Positions 20,173 through 31,390 of a stretch of DNA of 64,000 nt are shown piece by piece. Under the pieces are notes generated by a model. That model did not search any database. It was given only the letters and a program-made list of their open reading frames with translations, and was not told the DNA's origin. The number at the start of each line of letters is the position of its first letter. Position 1 is the first letter of the stretch. The translations under genes were made by a program, and so were the position numbers. Source of the stretch: Candidatus Bathyarchaeota archaeon (GTDB lineage: Archaea > Thermoproteota > Bathyarchaeia > Bathyarchaeales > Bathycorpusculaceae); NCBI GenBank assembly GCA_963806535.1, contig CAWDYC010000010.1, positions 69,085-133,084 of the forward strand, in the 5' to 3' direction.

Positions 20173-21754
20173 TTAATGAATTGTTTGATTCCAGTAAATT
20201 ATACGCTGATATTTGCCAGCAGTCAAAAAGTTAGGGCCATTGTAGATTATGTCAAGTTTTGATCCATATTTAGCAAGTGATGTCTGGAGTGCATTCCAAA
20301 CTTGCTGGGAGCTATCGGGTTGCCATAAGCCCCATACAGAATCTGTTGGGTTTCGTAGGCTTGAGCCATAGTCACTTGGCAGAACTAACGCATCCTGTCC
20401 TTTCACATTATTGGTTACTTTGGGATTCTGAACTACATTCGTCCAAAACCTTTGGATCGCGGCGAATTGTTCATCTTGTAAAAGCCCAGTAGTGTTACTG
20501 TTTGGTGCATAGTTGAAGATAACGCTGTATTCAGCGCCATCTTCGTACGCATGTTGCAACTCATTGTATATTTTGTCACCAGTTTGGAGGTTAAGCGGTG
20601 ATTGGCTTGCTGGCTCAATCATCACTCCCCAAGTCTTGTCTTGCATATCTGCAGCACCTCTGATTAAAGCTAACGTTTGGGCATCAGTTTGCTGACCAAA
20701 TTGTTCGGCAAAGACAGTATTGTAGCCTGCAAGGATAGTCAAACCAGTATAGACCATAATCTGAGGTGAAAAGTTTAACATCGGATTGATTACCAATTGA
20801 TGATAGGGTATTTTGAAGGTTGCTTACATAGAGATTAGCTATGTTAGTATCATTCAGAAGCGGATTTAGATTCCAAACTTGTTGATATGATTGAAATTGG
20901 GAAATATTCCCCTGATTTGTTACCATCTGACCATTTTCATCTGAAACTCTTCCGTTTGGCTCATAATTATAAAACAATGTTGCACTTGCTACGTAACAAA
21001 TTGTTCCATTAGGGTAATAAATGGTTTGAGAGGGTGTTACCAGTGTTTCGCTTGTTGTTTGATTAGTCCCCGTGGAATTTCCGGTCCAAATAATTCTTCC
21101 CAAATTCATTAAAGGATATGATGTTACCGTTACTATTCCAGACGGTATATAGAAGTTGTATTGATTTGAAGTTGAATTCAATCCTGACCCTGATAATTCA
21201 GGAAATGAGATGCTATTCGTATTTCTTGCAATGATAAGGTTTGGATCAACAAATGATGAGACGCTATCAATATTTCTCTCGATGGTAATATTTTTTGTGT
21301 TATTACCGTTTAAACCGAATGAAATAGAGTCAAACAAGTGCCCTGCTGGTTCATCGTTGAAATATACTCCAAGATAATGGCTACCCCAACGTGACTGGGC
21401 TTCATTAAGAAATGAATTTAAATTGTCTCCCAAGCAGTGGTCAGTATAACACAAAATTATGTTCAATCCTGAGTTAGCGGCATAATCGCATATTTGCTCA
21501 GTCGCAGTAAAATTAAGCATTAATGGCCCTGACTGTAAAACAAACAGGTTAGTGTAATTCTTAACCCTGTCAATTTGTTGTTGGGCTTCAATAACTGAAC
21601 TTCCACAGTAAGTAATGCCTACATAGAACGGCTTTTTGCTTGCCATAGAAGTAGATGGTGATTTGCTGTTTTCCATAGCGCCAAAAGATGACACAACAAT
21701 AATGGCTATTATCGCAATGGACGCGATTAATACTAAGCGTCTCTTGTTAGCCAT
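20173..21754 (-). CDS. Membrane-anchored exported protein, possible glycoside-hydrolase-like TIM barrel; frameshift near 20730
   Basis: N-terminal TM; FYVGITY, YTNLFVLQS, LGVYFNDEP, LFTSDYGLYWFDY joined to LAGYNTVFAE...WGVMI. Confidence 0.65.
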
Positions 21755-22011
21755 TAAGGCATTTCTAACTTGCAATAGCAAACCTTTTCTCTTCCATTGA
21801 AGTTAGCCATTACAACACTGTATTTATTTCTATACATTAGAACATGCTAGAAAATCTTTCGCATCCTATAGCACAAAAAACTGCATATGCGTAGGTATAT
21901 TCTTGACTGCATAAGAGTTTTTGACGATAAAAATCGTCAAGCAAAAAAAGAAAAATAAGAAAACAGCACAAAACTTAGAAAAAAATTATCAAGCTGATTT
22001 GAAGAATTTAG

Positions 22012-22557
22012 TTAAGAGCCATTGACTATTATTATGTTTATTGGTACTGTTTGCAAACGGCTGGTGGCGATTAAGTTGTTATCAGTTTCATAAAAACCTG
22101 CAAGTTGGTACACGCCAGTTGACGCTTGGGGTGTACTGCGGTAAGAGCCTGTATTCCAATTAAAAGTGTCATTAACGCTTTTTTGTGGGTCAAGCGTTAC
22201 AGCCCCATTGTAGTTTCCTGTGCCATCTTCCGTCCAGACCGAATCGTTTTCACTATTCCGAACGTCAAAACCGAGGTATGCGTCACATAAGTATGAGTTA
22301 TTAAAAGCGTTATTAGAAAAAACGGTCAATGCCTTATGACCAGTATTGGTTAACGTCACTGTCACGTAGATTTCTGCTCCTTGCTTATAGGTTGTTGATT
22401 CTGAATTCAGAGTTAGGAAAACTTGTAAGCCATCATTGTTAACGCTACTCTTAACGGTATTGACAGCGGTACCATAAATATTGAAAAAGTAAAGACTCGC
22501 CAACAAGGTTGCCAGAATCACTGCGAAAGCCATAACGGCTAACTTTTTCTTATACAT
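22012..22557 (-). CDS. Exported Ig-like (BsuPI-like) protein
   Basis: Signal anchor; VTVTLTNTG...FDVRN...VTLDP...FNW...GVYQL. Confidence 0.55.
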   Translation of the reverse strand: MYKKKLAVMAFAVILATLLASLYFFNIYGTAVNTVKSSVNNDGLQVFLTLNSESTTYKQGAEIYVTVTLTNTGHKALTVFSNNAFNNSYLCDAYLGFDVRNSENDSVWTEDGTGNYNGAVTLDPQKSVNDTFNWNTGSYRSTPQASTGVYQLAGFYETDNNLIATSRLQTVPINIIIVNGS

Positions 22558-22639
22558 TGCATTGAGATAAAGCTCCGTTTCTATTAAAATTAATCCTAAT
22601 GGTTCACTTCAAGAACCGCAAGCAAAAGGCTTAACGAAA

Positions 22640-23034
22640 GCAAGATGCCCCAAAAATATTCAGGTTACTGCACAAATAAACAATGATGTTAAAAAAATTA
22701 TGTCTGATGCTACTTGCCTAAAGCGGGTGCTTGGTAACCTGATATTGAATGCTATTCAAGCTATGCCAAATGGGGAACTTTGATGGTGGTTGCCAACAAG
22801 GAAGCAGACGATGCTGTCATTACTGTTGCGGACACGGGTGTAGGTATACCTGACGAAGTTAAGGCTAAGATGTTTACTCCAATGCTCACTACCAAATCTA
22901 AGGGGCAAGGCTTTGGATTGCCAGTTGTCAAGAGAATGGTGGAAGCTTTAAACGGCAAAGTAACCTTCGAAAGCGAGACAGGCAAAGGAACCAAATTTAC
23001 CATACGATTCCCGACCAGCGAAAATAAACCTTAA
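22640..23034 (+). pseudogene. Orphan histidine-kinase HATPase_c fragment
   Basis: LKRVLGNLILNAIQAMP (N box), DTGVGI (G1), FTP...KSKGQGFGL (F/G2), GKGTKF; no H-box or sensor domain. Confidence 0.75.
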
Positions 23035-23069
23035 TCAGACTTTACAAGTTACATTCAAAAGAAAAATAA

Positions 23070-23235
23070 AAAGAAGTAATTACAAACTGCATTCAACATG
23101 GGTTATTATGATTTGTCAGGGAAGATAAATTCCGACCAATTAGCGGAGAAGTTGGGTTTTAGTAAACTTCACTTTTGTAGTCATAGAGGGAAACCAGAGC
23201 GACGATTACTAGCTGAGATGCTTGGGAAAAAATAA
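23070..23235 (+). pseudogene. Degenerate Bat-type (HTH_10) regulator remnant
   Basis: TAFNMGYYDLSGKINSDQLAEKLGFSKLHFCSHRGKPERRLL resembles the HTH_10 consensus; no N-terminal domain. Confidence 0.55.
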
Positions 23236-23463
23236 TCTATTCGCCTTATCTGAAAATTTTTGAACTATGTTTGAAAGTTCATCGGTTCTACACTTCGAAA
23301 GGGTTAAGTCTTTATGAACTTGAACCTGAAACGGTCCAAAACCTTTGTTTATGAACAATAGCTTCCTTTAACTGTAGGTGGATGAATAATTTAGTTTTGA
23401 TATCTGTTTCAAAATCCGAAAACCAAACACCAAAAGAGCGAGAAATCAAAGCGAAGCAAATTA

Positions 23464-23659
23464 ATTGTTTATTGCACAAAAAATGTATTCGTGCAAAGCC
23501 TTCTCGATTGGCATTAAGGTAAGCTACTTTGTCTAAACAAGCCAAAACACGGACAGTGGAAGAGATTAACCAGAAAATCAAAAAAGCGACGTGCAGGTTT
23601 TAAGCGCTGACGAAATGAAAAAACTAGTTAAAAAAAGCGGCGTTGTAGTCGCCTTCAAA
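23464..23659 (+). repeat. Copy B: promoter plus first ~43 codons of the sulfurtransferase gene (truncated duplicate)
   Basis: Aligns with 28521-28709; TTG at 23529 reads [38 protein letters not shown], then diverges. Confidence 0.9.
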
Positions 23660-23982
23660 TCGGCAAAAGGCGGCGTGACCTTGCGCTTTCTTTTTAGTTT
23701 GTGGAAAATATCCTTTTTTATTAATTTCCAAACTTAATACAAACAAAGTTGCCTAGTTTTTTATGATGGTGTTTCTTGATTTATTTATCTATAAAATGCG
23801 AAATTTCCTTTGTAAAGCTTGAATCATAACTGTTAATAGATTATAAATAGTTAAGGCGTTGATGTTAGTTTGTCAGAACTATACTGTTCTGGAGGCTAGT
23901 AACGGCTTAGTTCCAATTGAGGAATGGAAAAGGTCAAGTGGAACACAATGAGGTTTCCACCTAAATATATGGAGGTAAAATA

Positions 23983-26781
23983 ATGATTAAAACTTCCAAA
24001 CAAAAACTCTTCTCAACAATAGCTTTCTTGATAGTACTCTTAATTTGTAGCACCTATGCATACAATACCCCTCCTGCTCATGCAAAGTTGACAGCGCAAC
24101 AACAAGCACTAACAGTCACAAACAACGTGCTAGGAATTAACACCGCCAGTTTCAATATTACCTCAAAAGACTATCCATCAACCTCCCAAACTGCTTTCTT
24201 AGGTATCGTTCCACAAGAGAGCATAATTTACAATCTCACATCTAGTCGAGAGAAACTTAATTTACTCTACACTTTTGCAAACGGAAACTTACAATTGTTA
24301 CAGGTACTTGATGACGGGTCCTCCTCAGTGAAGTATGCACCTTTATCGAACGCTACTCAAGTCAACGCAGTTGGGGCTCAAGCCTTCCTTAGTCATTACC
24401 GAGCATACACAGGCAACTTACTTTATGATAACTTGCGATCCACTTTAAACGCACTGAAAGGCAACGTGAACCAAACTGTTACTTCTGGGAATATTCGTCT
24501 TGAATCAACATCTTATGCAGACGGTAGTACTAATTTTAAATGGTATTACACTGCCAATGGCGCCTCTGCCGCTTATACAAAATTCATTGCTTTGGAGTTT
24601 GATAATGGACGTTTAACTGCTTTCGTAGACAATTGGTCTATCTATAATATCGGTAACACAATCGTAAGCATTTCAAAAGATAAAGCAATAGCAATCGCGC
24701 TGGAAGCTGCAAAAGCGTATGCTTATAATATGAGTCTTCAGATGGACGGATTCAAAGACCAGAGCATAAATGAAACAAGCATACAATGGTCCTCGTTAGT
24801 TCTTGATAGCTCTCTTAACGCTAATCTGACTAGAAGCAACGATAAGTTATCTCTCTATCCAGATTGGCGCTTCGGCATTCAATTGGACAAATGGTATGGC
24901 GAAATGTACGGCATAGAAGTCGATGTCTGGGCAGACACAGGACAGGTGAGAGATGTACAAGCCGCATACTCGGCAATGACACCGGCAGAAAATGCTTCGG
25001 TAGCAAGTCCCAACGGTCAAGTAACCGCCTCTAGTTTAAACCCAAACACATTAATCTTTATTTCATTTCCAATCATTGGTTTAACAATAGCAGGCGCTCC
25101 AATCTTATGGGCAAATTACGGGAAGAAGCTTAGCTTTAAGCAGCAAGGCAAATTTTCAAAGAAGATTATCGTCATAAGCCTCTGTCTGATAATGGTATTG
25201 CCAATATTCATGGAAAGCATAGGAACGGCTAATGCCACAACTAGGGGCGCAGCAGTATGGGGATCGCAGAGTGACGGCGCGGTCAATCCCCCACCGCCAA
25301 ATGGCGACGGATCGCATTGGCGCAAAAGTCCGGATGAGATAACCGACCAAAAGAATACTGCTGGGAACATCTCATATTACTTCTCACAAAACGGCTATAT
25401 AGGTAATCCCGATGTCGCTAACATTGATCATCAAGGAGTTGCCGCAACAAAAGCTCAAATCAACACTGACATTATAGACTTGCAGAATAGTAACGATTAC
25501 ATCGCAGTTGTCGATTTTGATCATGGTGTTGGAGGCACTCCGCAATTGATCGGTGAGCCTGCTCCACCTGACGAGTGGCATTACATGTTCGAAGATGATA
25601 CGGGTACACTGATTGGCGGCGAGGCATCTCCAACCCCATACCCACAAGGTCACTACACTGATTTCAACCATGGCATATTTGATATGGACATACACCAGTG
25701 GGTTCAACAAAGCAAGGTTACCTTTGCGTTCATCAATACCTGCTTATCCGCCGATACAACGACCTGGGGTCAAGGAATGTTACCAGCGGAGTGGCCAGCA
25801 TACCCTGCAAGAGCAATTGGAATGCCATTTGCTTGGACAAACCGGCTAGTGGAAAATCCATCAACTTACTCAGGCTTCACAATAACGCAAGATATAAGCA
25901 ACGACGGATACAATAATCCAGATTGGGGCTACCAAGTTTACATAGGCTTTCCAATCGGATCAGCATCGCTATCTCAAGGCATACCCTTTGATGGAGGCGG
26001 CGGCAACCCATACTATTATTGGGTTTACTCATTTTTCTACAATGCTTTATACACTAGCCAAACAGTAAACCAAGCATTGAACAGCGCTTCATTGCAATTC
26101 TTAGGACATAATTTTGGCGATTCAGCTCTTCGGACAGGATTCCCCGCATACTGGTGGCATCTAGGAACCCAACCAGGCTCTACAATGGCTGTATATGGCA
26201 ACGGCAATATAAGATTACAACAATTCACCCCACCTGCCGATGTAGCAAATCCGCAGTCAATCAATGGCCCAACAGCAGGAAGCGATAACACTCAAATTGG
26301 TCCATTCAACGCCTTTGCAACAAACCCTTATGGAAATAGCGTAATGTACCAATTCAGCTGGGGCGACGGCTCATACACAACGACAGAAAACTATTATACA
26401 GATGGTCAACCGGCCACAGGAATATACCACAGCTGGGCAACAGGCGGAACATATAGCGTTAGCTTCCGAGCAAAAACTCAAAATAGCGACTGGAGCAGCT
26501 GGTCAAATCCTATAACAGTTAACATTAACCCACCGCCAACATACACTACAACAATCAATGTCTATTACACTTGGGGAGGAGACCCAGATTACATCACCTA
26601 TCAGTATAGCTACACTACTCAGTTATCTTATGGAAGCAACTATCTCGACTTCACGAATGGCCCATACGGAGGGTACTTCATGCAAGCATACAACTACGCT
26701 GATTCATCTATGCACTATTCTTCTGCGGACACATATTGGACTGGTTACGGCACCTCAATAGACGTTTTGTGGACTTGGTAA
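23983..26781 (+). CDS. Large exported multidomain protein: N-domain, internal TM plus second signal-like segment, clan CD-like (HG...C) domain, PKD domain
   Basis: Signal peptide; two internal hydrophobic helices; VVDFDHG and FAFINTC; FSWGDGS...HSW...GTYSV (PKD). Confidence 0.75.
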   Translation: MIKTSKQKLFSTIAFLIVLLICSTYAYNTPPAHAKLTAQQQALTVTNNVLGINTASFNITSKDYPSTSQTAFLGIVPQESIIYNLTSSREKLNLLYTFANGNLQLLQVLDDGSSSVKYAPLSNATQVNAVGAQAFLSHYRAYTGNLLYDNLRSTLNALKGNVNQTVTSGNIRLESTSYADGSTNFKWYYTANGASAAYTKFIALEFDNGRLTAFVDNWSIYNIGNTIVSISKDKAIAIALEAAKAYAYNMSLQMDGFKDQSINETSIQWSSLVLDSSLNANLTRSNDKLSLYPDWRFGIQLDKWYGEMYGIEVDVWADTGQVRDVQAAYSAMTPAENASVASPNGQVTASSLNPNTLIFISFPIIGLTIAGAPILWANYGKKLSFKQQGKFSKKIIVISLCLIMVLPIFMESIGTANATTRGAAVWGSQSDGAVNPPPPNGDGSHWRKSPDEITDQKNTAGNISYYFSQNGYIGNPDVANIDHQGVAATKAQINTDIIDLQNSNDYIAVVDFDHGVGGTPQLIGEPAPPDEWHYMFEDDTGTLIGGEASPTPYPQGHYTDFNHGIFDMDIHQWVQQSKVTFAFINTCLSADTTTWGQGMLPAEWPAYPARAIGMPFAWTNRLVENPSTYSGFTITQDISNDGYNNPDWGYQVYIGFPIGSASLSQGIPFDGGGGNPYYYWVYSFFYNALYTSQTVNQALNSASLQFLGHNFGDSALRTGFPAYWWHLGTQPGSTMAVYGNGNIRLQQFTPPADVANPQSINGPTAGSDNTQIGPFNAFATNPYGNSVMYQFSWGDGSYTTTENYYTDGQPATGIYHSWATGGTYSVSFRAKTQNSDWSSWSNPITVNINPPPTYTTTINVYYTWGGDPDYITYQYSYTTQLSYGSNYLDFTNGPYGGYFMQAYNYADSSMHYSSADTYWTGYGTSIDVLWTW

Positions 26782-27061
26782 GGTAAATTTTTACTCTTCT
26801 TTTTCTCTTTTTTTGCGAAAAACTAGCCAACCCTTAACGTTACATAGTTACTGTAACGATTACTGAACCTAATCGGTAGCAAATGAATAAACAATACTAA
26901 ATCTTCTTTTTCATGGTTAAGTTGTACCATAAATTTAAACGGAACAGGACTTAGAGAAGTCTAAGTAAAGAAACGTTGACTAAAAAAGAAGAGCTTTGTC
27001 AAGAAATGTGAACAAGAATCTTTTTATTACTATGTAGTCGAAGGTAATTGTTGGATAAGGT

Positions 27062-28345
27062 ATGAGCAAAAGTTTAGTCTTGGCGCTTTTTCTCTTCTCC
27101 CTCTTAGTATCATGTGTTGTTGTCGCTAATCCGATTGCTGCCAATACGGTTACGCCAAACTCTTGGGTTGAATTGGCGCCGATACATCAAGCCAGAAGCA
27201 ATTTACAGGTTTCTGTAGTTAACGGCGAAATTTATGCGTTGGGCGGTCTTGCAGAAAATGGCAGTGTATGTACAAACGAACAGTATAATCCAGATAAAAA
27301 TAATTGGGTTTTTAAGACACCCATGCCGGTCACATCCTCTGCATTTGAAACAGCAGTTTATAATAATAAAATATATTGCATAGCACAAGGACTCAACGAG
27401 CTATATAATCCTGCAACAGACTTTTGGGAAAACAAGTCTATTGTCAATTTACCAGAAAATTGGTTGGCAAATGTCGTAGGTGACAAAATCTACATCATAA
27501 GTCCATCTGTCACACTGGCATACGACCCATTGAACGATTCTTGGTCTACTAAAACGCCCATGCCAATTTCAAAGCTGGTATATGCGTCAGCAGTCATCAA
27601 TAACAGGGTGTACATCATTGGGTCAAACTTTGGGGCTCCAAGCTCTAGCTCATTACAAATCTATGACCCCAAAACTGATAGTTGGAGTACTGGTTCAACC
27701 CCACCATTGGCTACGGCGGGAGGGGCAGGCGCAACGACAGGTGTAAATGCGCCAAAGGAAATCTATGTTATCGGTGACGAATCAACTAAAGTTTATAATC
27801 AGTTGAATGATACATGGAGTTTTGGTGCTGCCATGCCAACAGACCGTTCAGAAATAGGAATTGCTGTTTTGAATGATAAGCTATATGCTATTGGTGGATC
27901 GGCAGTCCATGGAACGTGGTCACCGTATGGTGAAACTTATACTGTCACTTACCTCAACAACGTTGAGGTGTACACTCCTTTTGGTTATGGAACTGTTTCA
28001 CCGACAATTTCTATAGACACACCCAAGAGCATCAATTACTCATCTAACGAACTATCGTTGGATTTCACTACAAGCAAGCCTGTTATTTGGATTGCCTATA
28101 GCCTTGACGGCCGGCAAAATGTGACCATAGTTGGTAATACTACGTTAACTGGGCTTTCAAGCGGTCAGCACAACTTTACAGTTTATGCTAATGACACGTT
28201 TGGAAACATGGGTGCTTCACAAACAGTCACATTTACTATTCAACAGCCTTTTTCTGTGCCAACTGTTGTCGCTGTTTCAGGAGTAATAGTTGTGGTTGTG
28301 GTGACTGTTGTTTTGGTGTTCTATTACAGGAAACGTAGGGGATGA
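27062..28345 (+). CDS. Secreted kelch-repeat protein with Ig-like domain and C-terminal TM anchor
   Basis: Signal peptide; kelch repeats; YSLDG..NVTI.GNTTLTGL..G.H...VYAND; TM + RKRRG. Confidence 0.9.
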   Translation: MSKSLVLALFLFSLLVSCVVVANPIAANTVTPNSWVELAPIHQARSNLQVSVVNGEIYALGGLAENGSVCTNEQYNPDKNNWVFKTPMPVTSSAFETAVYNNKIYCIAQGLNELYNPATDFWENKSIVNLPENWLANVVGDKIYIISPSVTLAYDPLNDSWSTKTPMPISKLVYASAVINNRVYIIGSNFGAPSSSSLQIYDPKTDSWSTGSTPPLATAGGAGATTGVNAPKEIYVIGDESTKVYNQLNDTWSFGAAMPTDRSEIGIAVLNDKLYAIGGSAVHGTWSPYGETYTVTYLNNVEVYTPFGYGTVSPTISIDTPKSINYSSNELSLDFTTSKPVIWIAYSLDGRQNVTIVGNTTLTGLSSGQHNFTVYANDTFGNMGASQTVTFTIQQPFSVPTVVAVSGVIVVVVVTVVLVFYYRKRRG

Positions 28346-28520
28346 AAAGCGCATTTTGTTCAATGTTACTAAATGCGTTCACTTGTGTTGAACATGTTCA
28401 ATTTTTTCCATGTGTTCAATAAAATTGAATGAGCAACCGACTTTTGCCTTGCATAAGCCACACGGCAAGAATTTTTTGTTAAAACAAGAATTTGTCGCGT
28501 TCAGAAAACAAGCGCAAGTT

Positions 28521-28577
28521 TTGCACAAAAAATATTAACGTGCGGCGCCTTTTCGATTGGCATTAAGGTAATCTACT
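28521..28577 (+). promoter_or_regulatory. Copy C: promoter of the sulfurtransferase operon
   Basis: AAAAAATATTAA BRE/TATA-like element inside TTGCAC-N13-GTGCGG, ~45 bp upstream of the TTG start. Confidence 0.55.
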
Positions 28578-30082
28578 TTGTCTAAACAAGCTAAAACTCG
28601 GACAGTAGAAGAGATTAACCAGAAAATCAAAAACGGCGATGTTCAAGTTTTAACCGCTGAAGAAATGAAAAAACTAGTTGAAAGCAGCGGCGTTGAAGTT
28701 GCCTTTAAAGAAGTTGATGTCGTAACTACAGGCACTTTTGGAGCCATGTGTTCCTCTGGTGCAGTTATTAATCTTGGCCATTCTGATCCGCCAATAAAGA
28801 TTGATCATGCATGGATGAACGATGTAGCAAGTTTGCCATCCAGGCGCAGCGGTCGACCTATTTATTGGAGCCACAAGCATGTCAGAAAAACAGCCGTTCG
28901 AATACGGCGGTGGACATTTAATCCAGGATTTAGTGGCTGGAAAAGAAGTTGAGCTCCGCGCAGACGGATATGGAACAGATTGTTATCCAAGAACTCAAAT
29001 TAAAACTAACATAACAAAAGACGATCTAAACCAGTTTTACCTATTGAACTTCCGCAACTGCTACCAACGCTACAACTGCGCCGTAAACACCAGCGACGAA
29101 ACAATTTACACTTATATGAGCAAACTTCTGCCCAGACTGCGAAATGCCACGTTTTCTGGTGCAGGCGAATTAAATCCCCTTATGAATGACCCCGACTACG
29201 AAACCATCGGCATGGGCACTCGCATCTTCCTTGGCGGAGGACAAGGCTACGTTATTGGCGAAGGAACACAGCACAGCCCCAAAAACCTGAACGGCACCTT
29301 AATGGTGAAGGGAGACGCAAAGAAGATGTCGCCTGAGTTTTTGCAGGGAGCCGCTTTCACTAAATATGGCACTTCAATGTATGTCGGGTTAGGCATCCCT
29401 ATCCCAATTCTCAATGAAGGCTTGGCTAAGAAGACAGCGATTCGCGACAGCGAAATCATGACTGACGTAGTTGATTATAGTGTTCCGCGAAGGGACCGAC
29501 CAAAGCTGAGGCAAGTAAGTTATAAAGAGCTAAAGTCTGGCTCAATAATAATTAATGATAAGAAAGTTAGAGTAAGCTCTTTATCGAGCACAAAGATGGC
29601 TAAGAAAGTTTCTCAAACATTGAAATCTTGGATTAAGGAAGGCTCATTTTTCTTAACATCGCCCGTTGAGCGGTTGCCAAATGACAGCGTCTTTAAGCCG
29701 ATGCGGCAGACTGAAGAAATACCATTTGTCGTCAGCGTTATGCATCCAGCAGTAACATGCACCGAAAATGAGGAAATACAAGCCATTGCCCATCGAATCG
29801 TCACCAAATCAGTTAACCACATAGTTGTGATTGATAACGACTGGCAAGTTGAAGGGAATAGTTACTTCTTGGGATGTTACTCGGGCTATGGCTGAAGGCA
29901 AAAAAGCGTTAGCCGACATCGAAACACACACTGTCTTCACCGCTAAACCAGATGAGCCACTTGAAGTTGCTTCAAAACGGATGGCGCAACACAATATTTC
30001 TGCACTTCCAGTTATTGACATCGAAAAGAAAGTGCTGGGAATAGTCACTGCAGAAGATGTTTCTAAACTGTTAGGACGCTAA
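28578..30082 (+). CDS. L-aspartate semialdehyde sulfurtransferase (DUF39 + CBS pair; MA1821/MJ0100 family); two frameshifts
   Basis: [47 protein letters not shown]; C-terminal CBS pair. Confidence 0.92.
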
Positions 30083-30086
30083 AAAC

Positions 30087-30521
30087 ATGGTACGTATTTT
30101 CTTGAGGTTCTCAGAAGAACAGGTTTCGCAGCCGATTGCTTCTCAAATAATTATTGAGTACAAAGTGCCAATGGTAATTTTGTCAGCGCAAATAAGCTCA
30201 AAGGGCGGCGAAATACTTGCTGAAATCCCAGATGAGCAACAGGAAAAAATAGTAAAAGCCTTCAGGGAAAGAGGCATCTCAGTTACGGTACCTAAACTCA
30301 TCGAAGTAGACGAGGAAAAATGTTTTAGCTGCGGCTCATGTGTCGCTCTTTGTCCTGTGGAAGCTATATCAATCGATAAGGATTCCACTGTACAATTCAA
30401 CAAGGAAAAATGCGTTGGCAGCACCTGCAGTATATGCGTTGATGCATGCCCAGCAAGAGCAATAAAATCCATTAAACAAAACAACAATGACCAACCAGCA
30501 AACAATAGGAAAAACAAATGA
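30087..30521 (+). CDS. NIL-domain 2x[4Fe-4S] ferredoxin (MA1822-type sulfurtransferase subunit)
   Basis: NIL-like N-domain; CFSCGSCVALCP and CVGSTCSICVDACP; operon position. Confidence 0.88.
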   Translation: MVRIFLRFSEEQVSQPIASQIIIEYKVPMVILSAQISSKGGEILAEIPDEQQEKIVKAFRERGISVTVPKLIEVDEEKCFSCGSCVALCPVEAISIDKDSTVQFNKEKCVGSTCSICVDACPARAIKSIKQNNNDQPANNRKNK

Positions 30522-31223
30522 CCCCTAACCTGTTCAAAGAAAACTTTACCCTAAAAGAAACTCAATGCACCATCATTTCAGATAAACAAAAAGGCATCCA
30601 AGCCGCAATAGAATCAATTAAACGCAACCGACAAGAACTCGAAATTTACGTAAGAACAAACCCAAAATTTTTATACACACTAAAACCAATCCCGGCTCCA
30701 GAGAAACCTCTTGTAGCTAAATCTGATGGCTTTAGCAGGGGAAAAAGCAGATGTTGGACCTATGGCAGCTGTAGCAGGCGTTATAGCTGACTTAGCCGTT
30801 AACGACATGATCAGTGCAGGCTGTAATGTAGCAGTTGTTGAAGACGGCGGAGAAATCTCAGCTCAATCAAACAGACCTGTTGATGTAGCAGTTGCTGTCG
30901 GAGAAGAACCCTTGTCAAAACGGTTCGGCTTTCGGCTTACTGAGTTTCCAATTGGTGTCGCTACAAGTTCAGGACGCTTCAGCCATGCGTTAAGTTTTGG
31001 TGATGCAGAGGCAGCAACGGTTTTCTGCAAAAACGCTTCTTTAGCCGATGCGGCAGCGACAGCGGTGGGAAATGTGGTTAAGGGCGAAGATGTCAACTCA
31101 GCGATCAAAGCCGGAATCAGAAGGGGGCTGTCAATTGATGGCGTTGAAGGAGTGATGATAATCTATAAGGGACAAGTAGGCACTGCAGGGAAAATCCCGG
31201 AAATAATTAAAGTAAAAAACTAA
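30518..31223 (+). CDS. UPF0280 / COG2122 ApbE-like protein; frameshift near 30720
   Basis: VGPMAAVAG.IAD, EDGGEI, GVATSSG...HALSFG.A.A, ADAAATAVGN. Confidence 0.88.
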
Positions 31224-31390
31224 TCTCCAAAAACGTTTTTCGCTCTTAAAAAATATGTGGCTTCAATCCAACTTCATGCTTTTTCGTTATTTTTCGATTT
31301 GAAATTAACCTTTGAATTCGAGAAAACACCAAGTCGATCATAAAAACTCTTAAATTATACAAGTCCCAACTGAACTGCAAGGTCTCGTTC

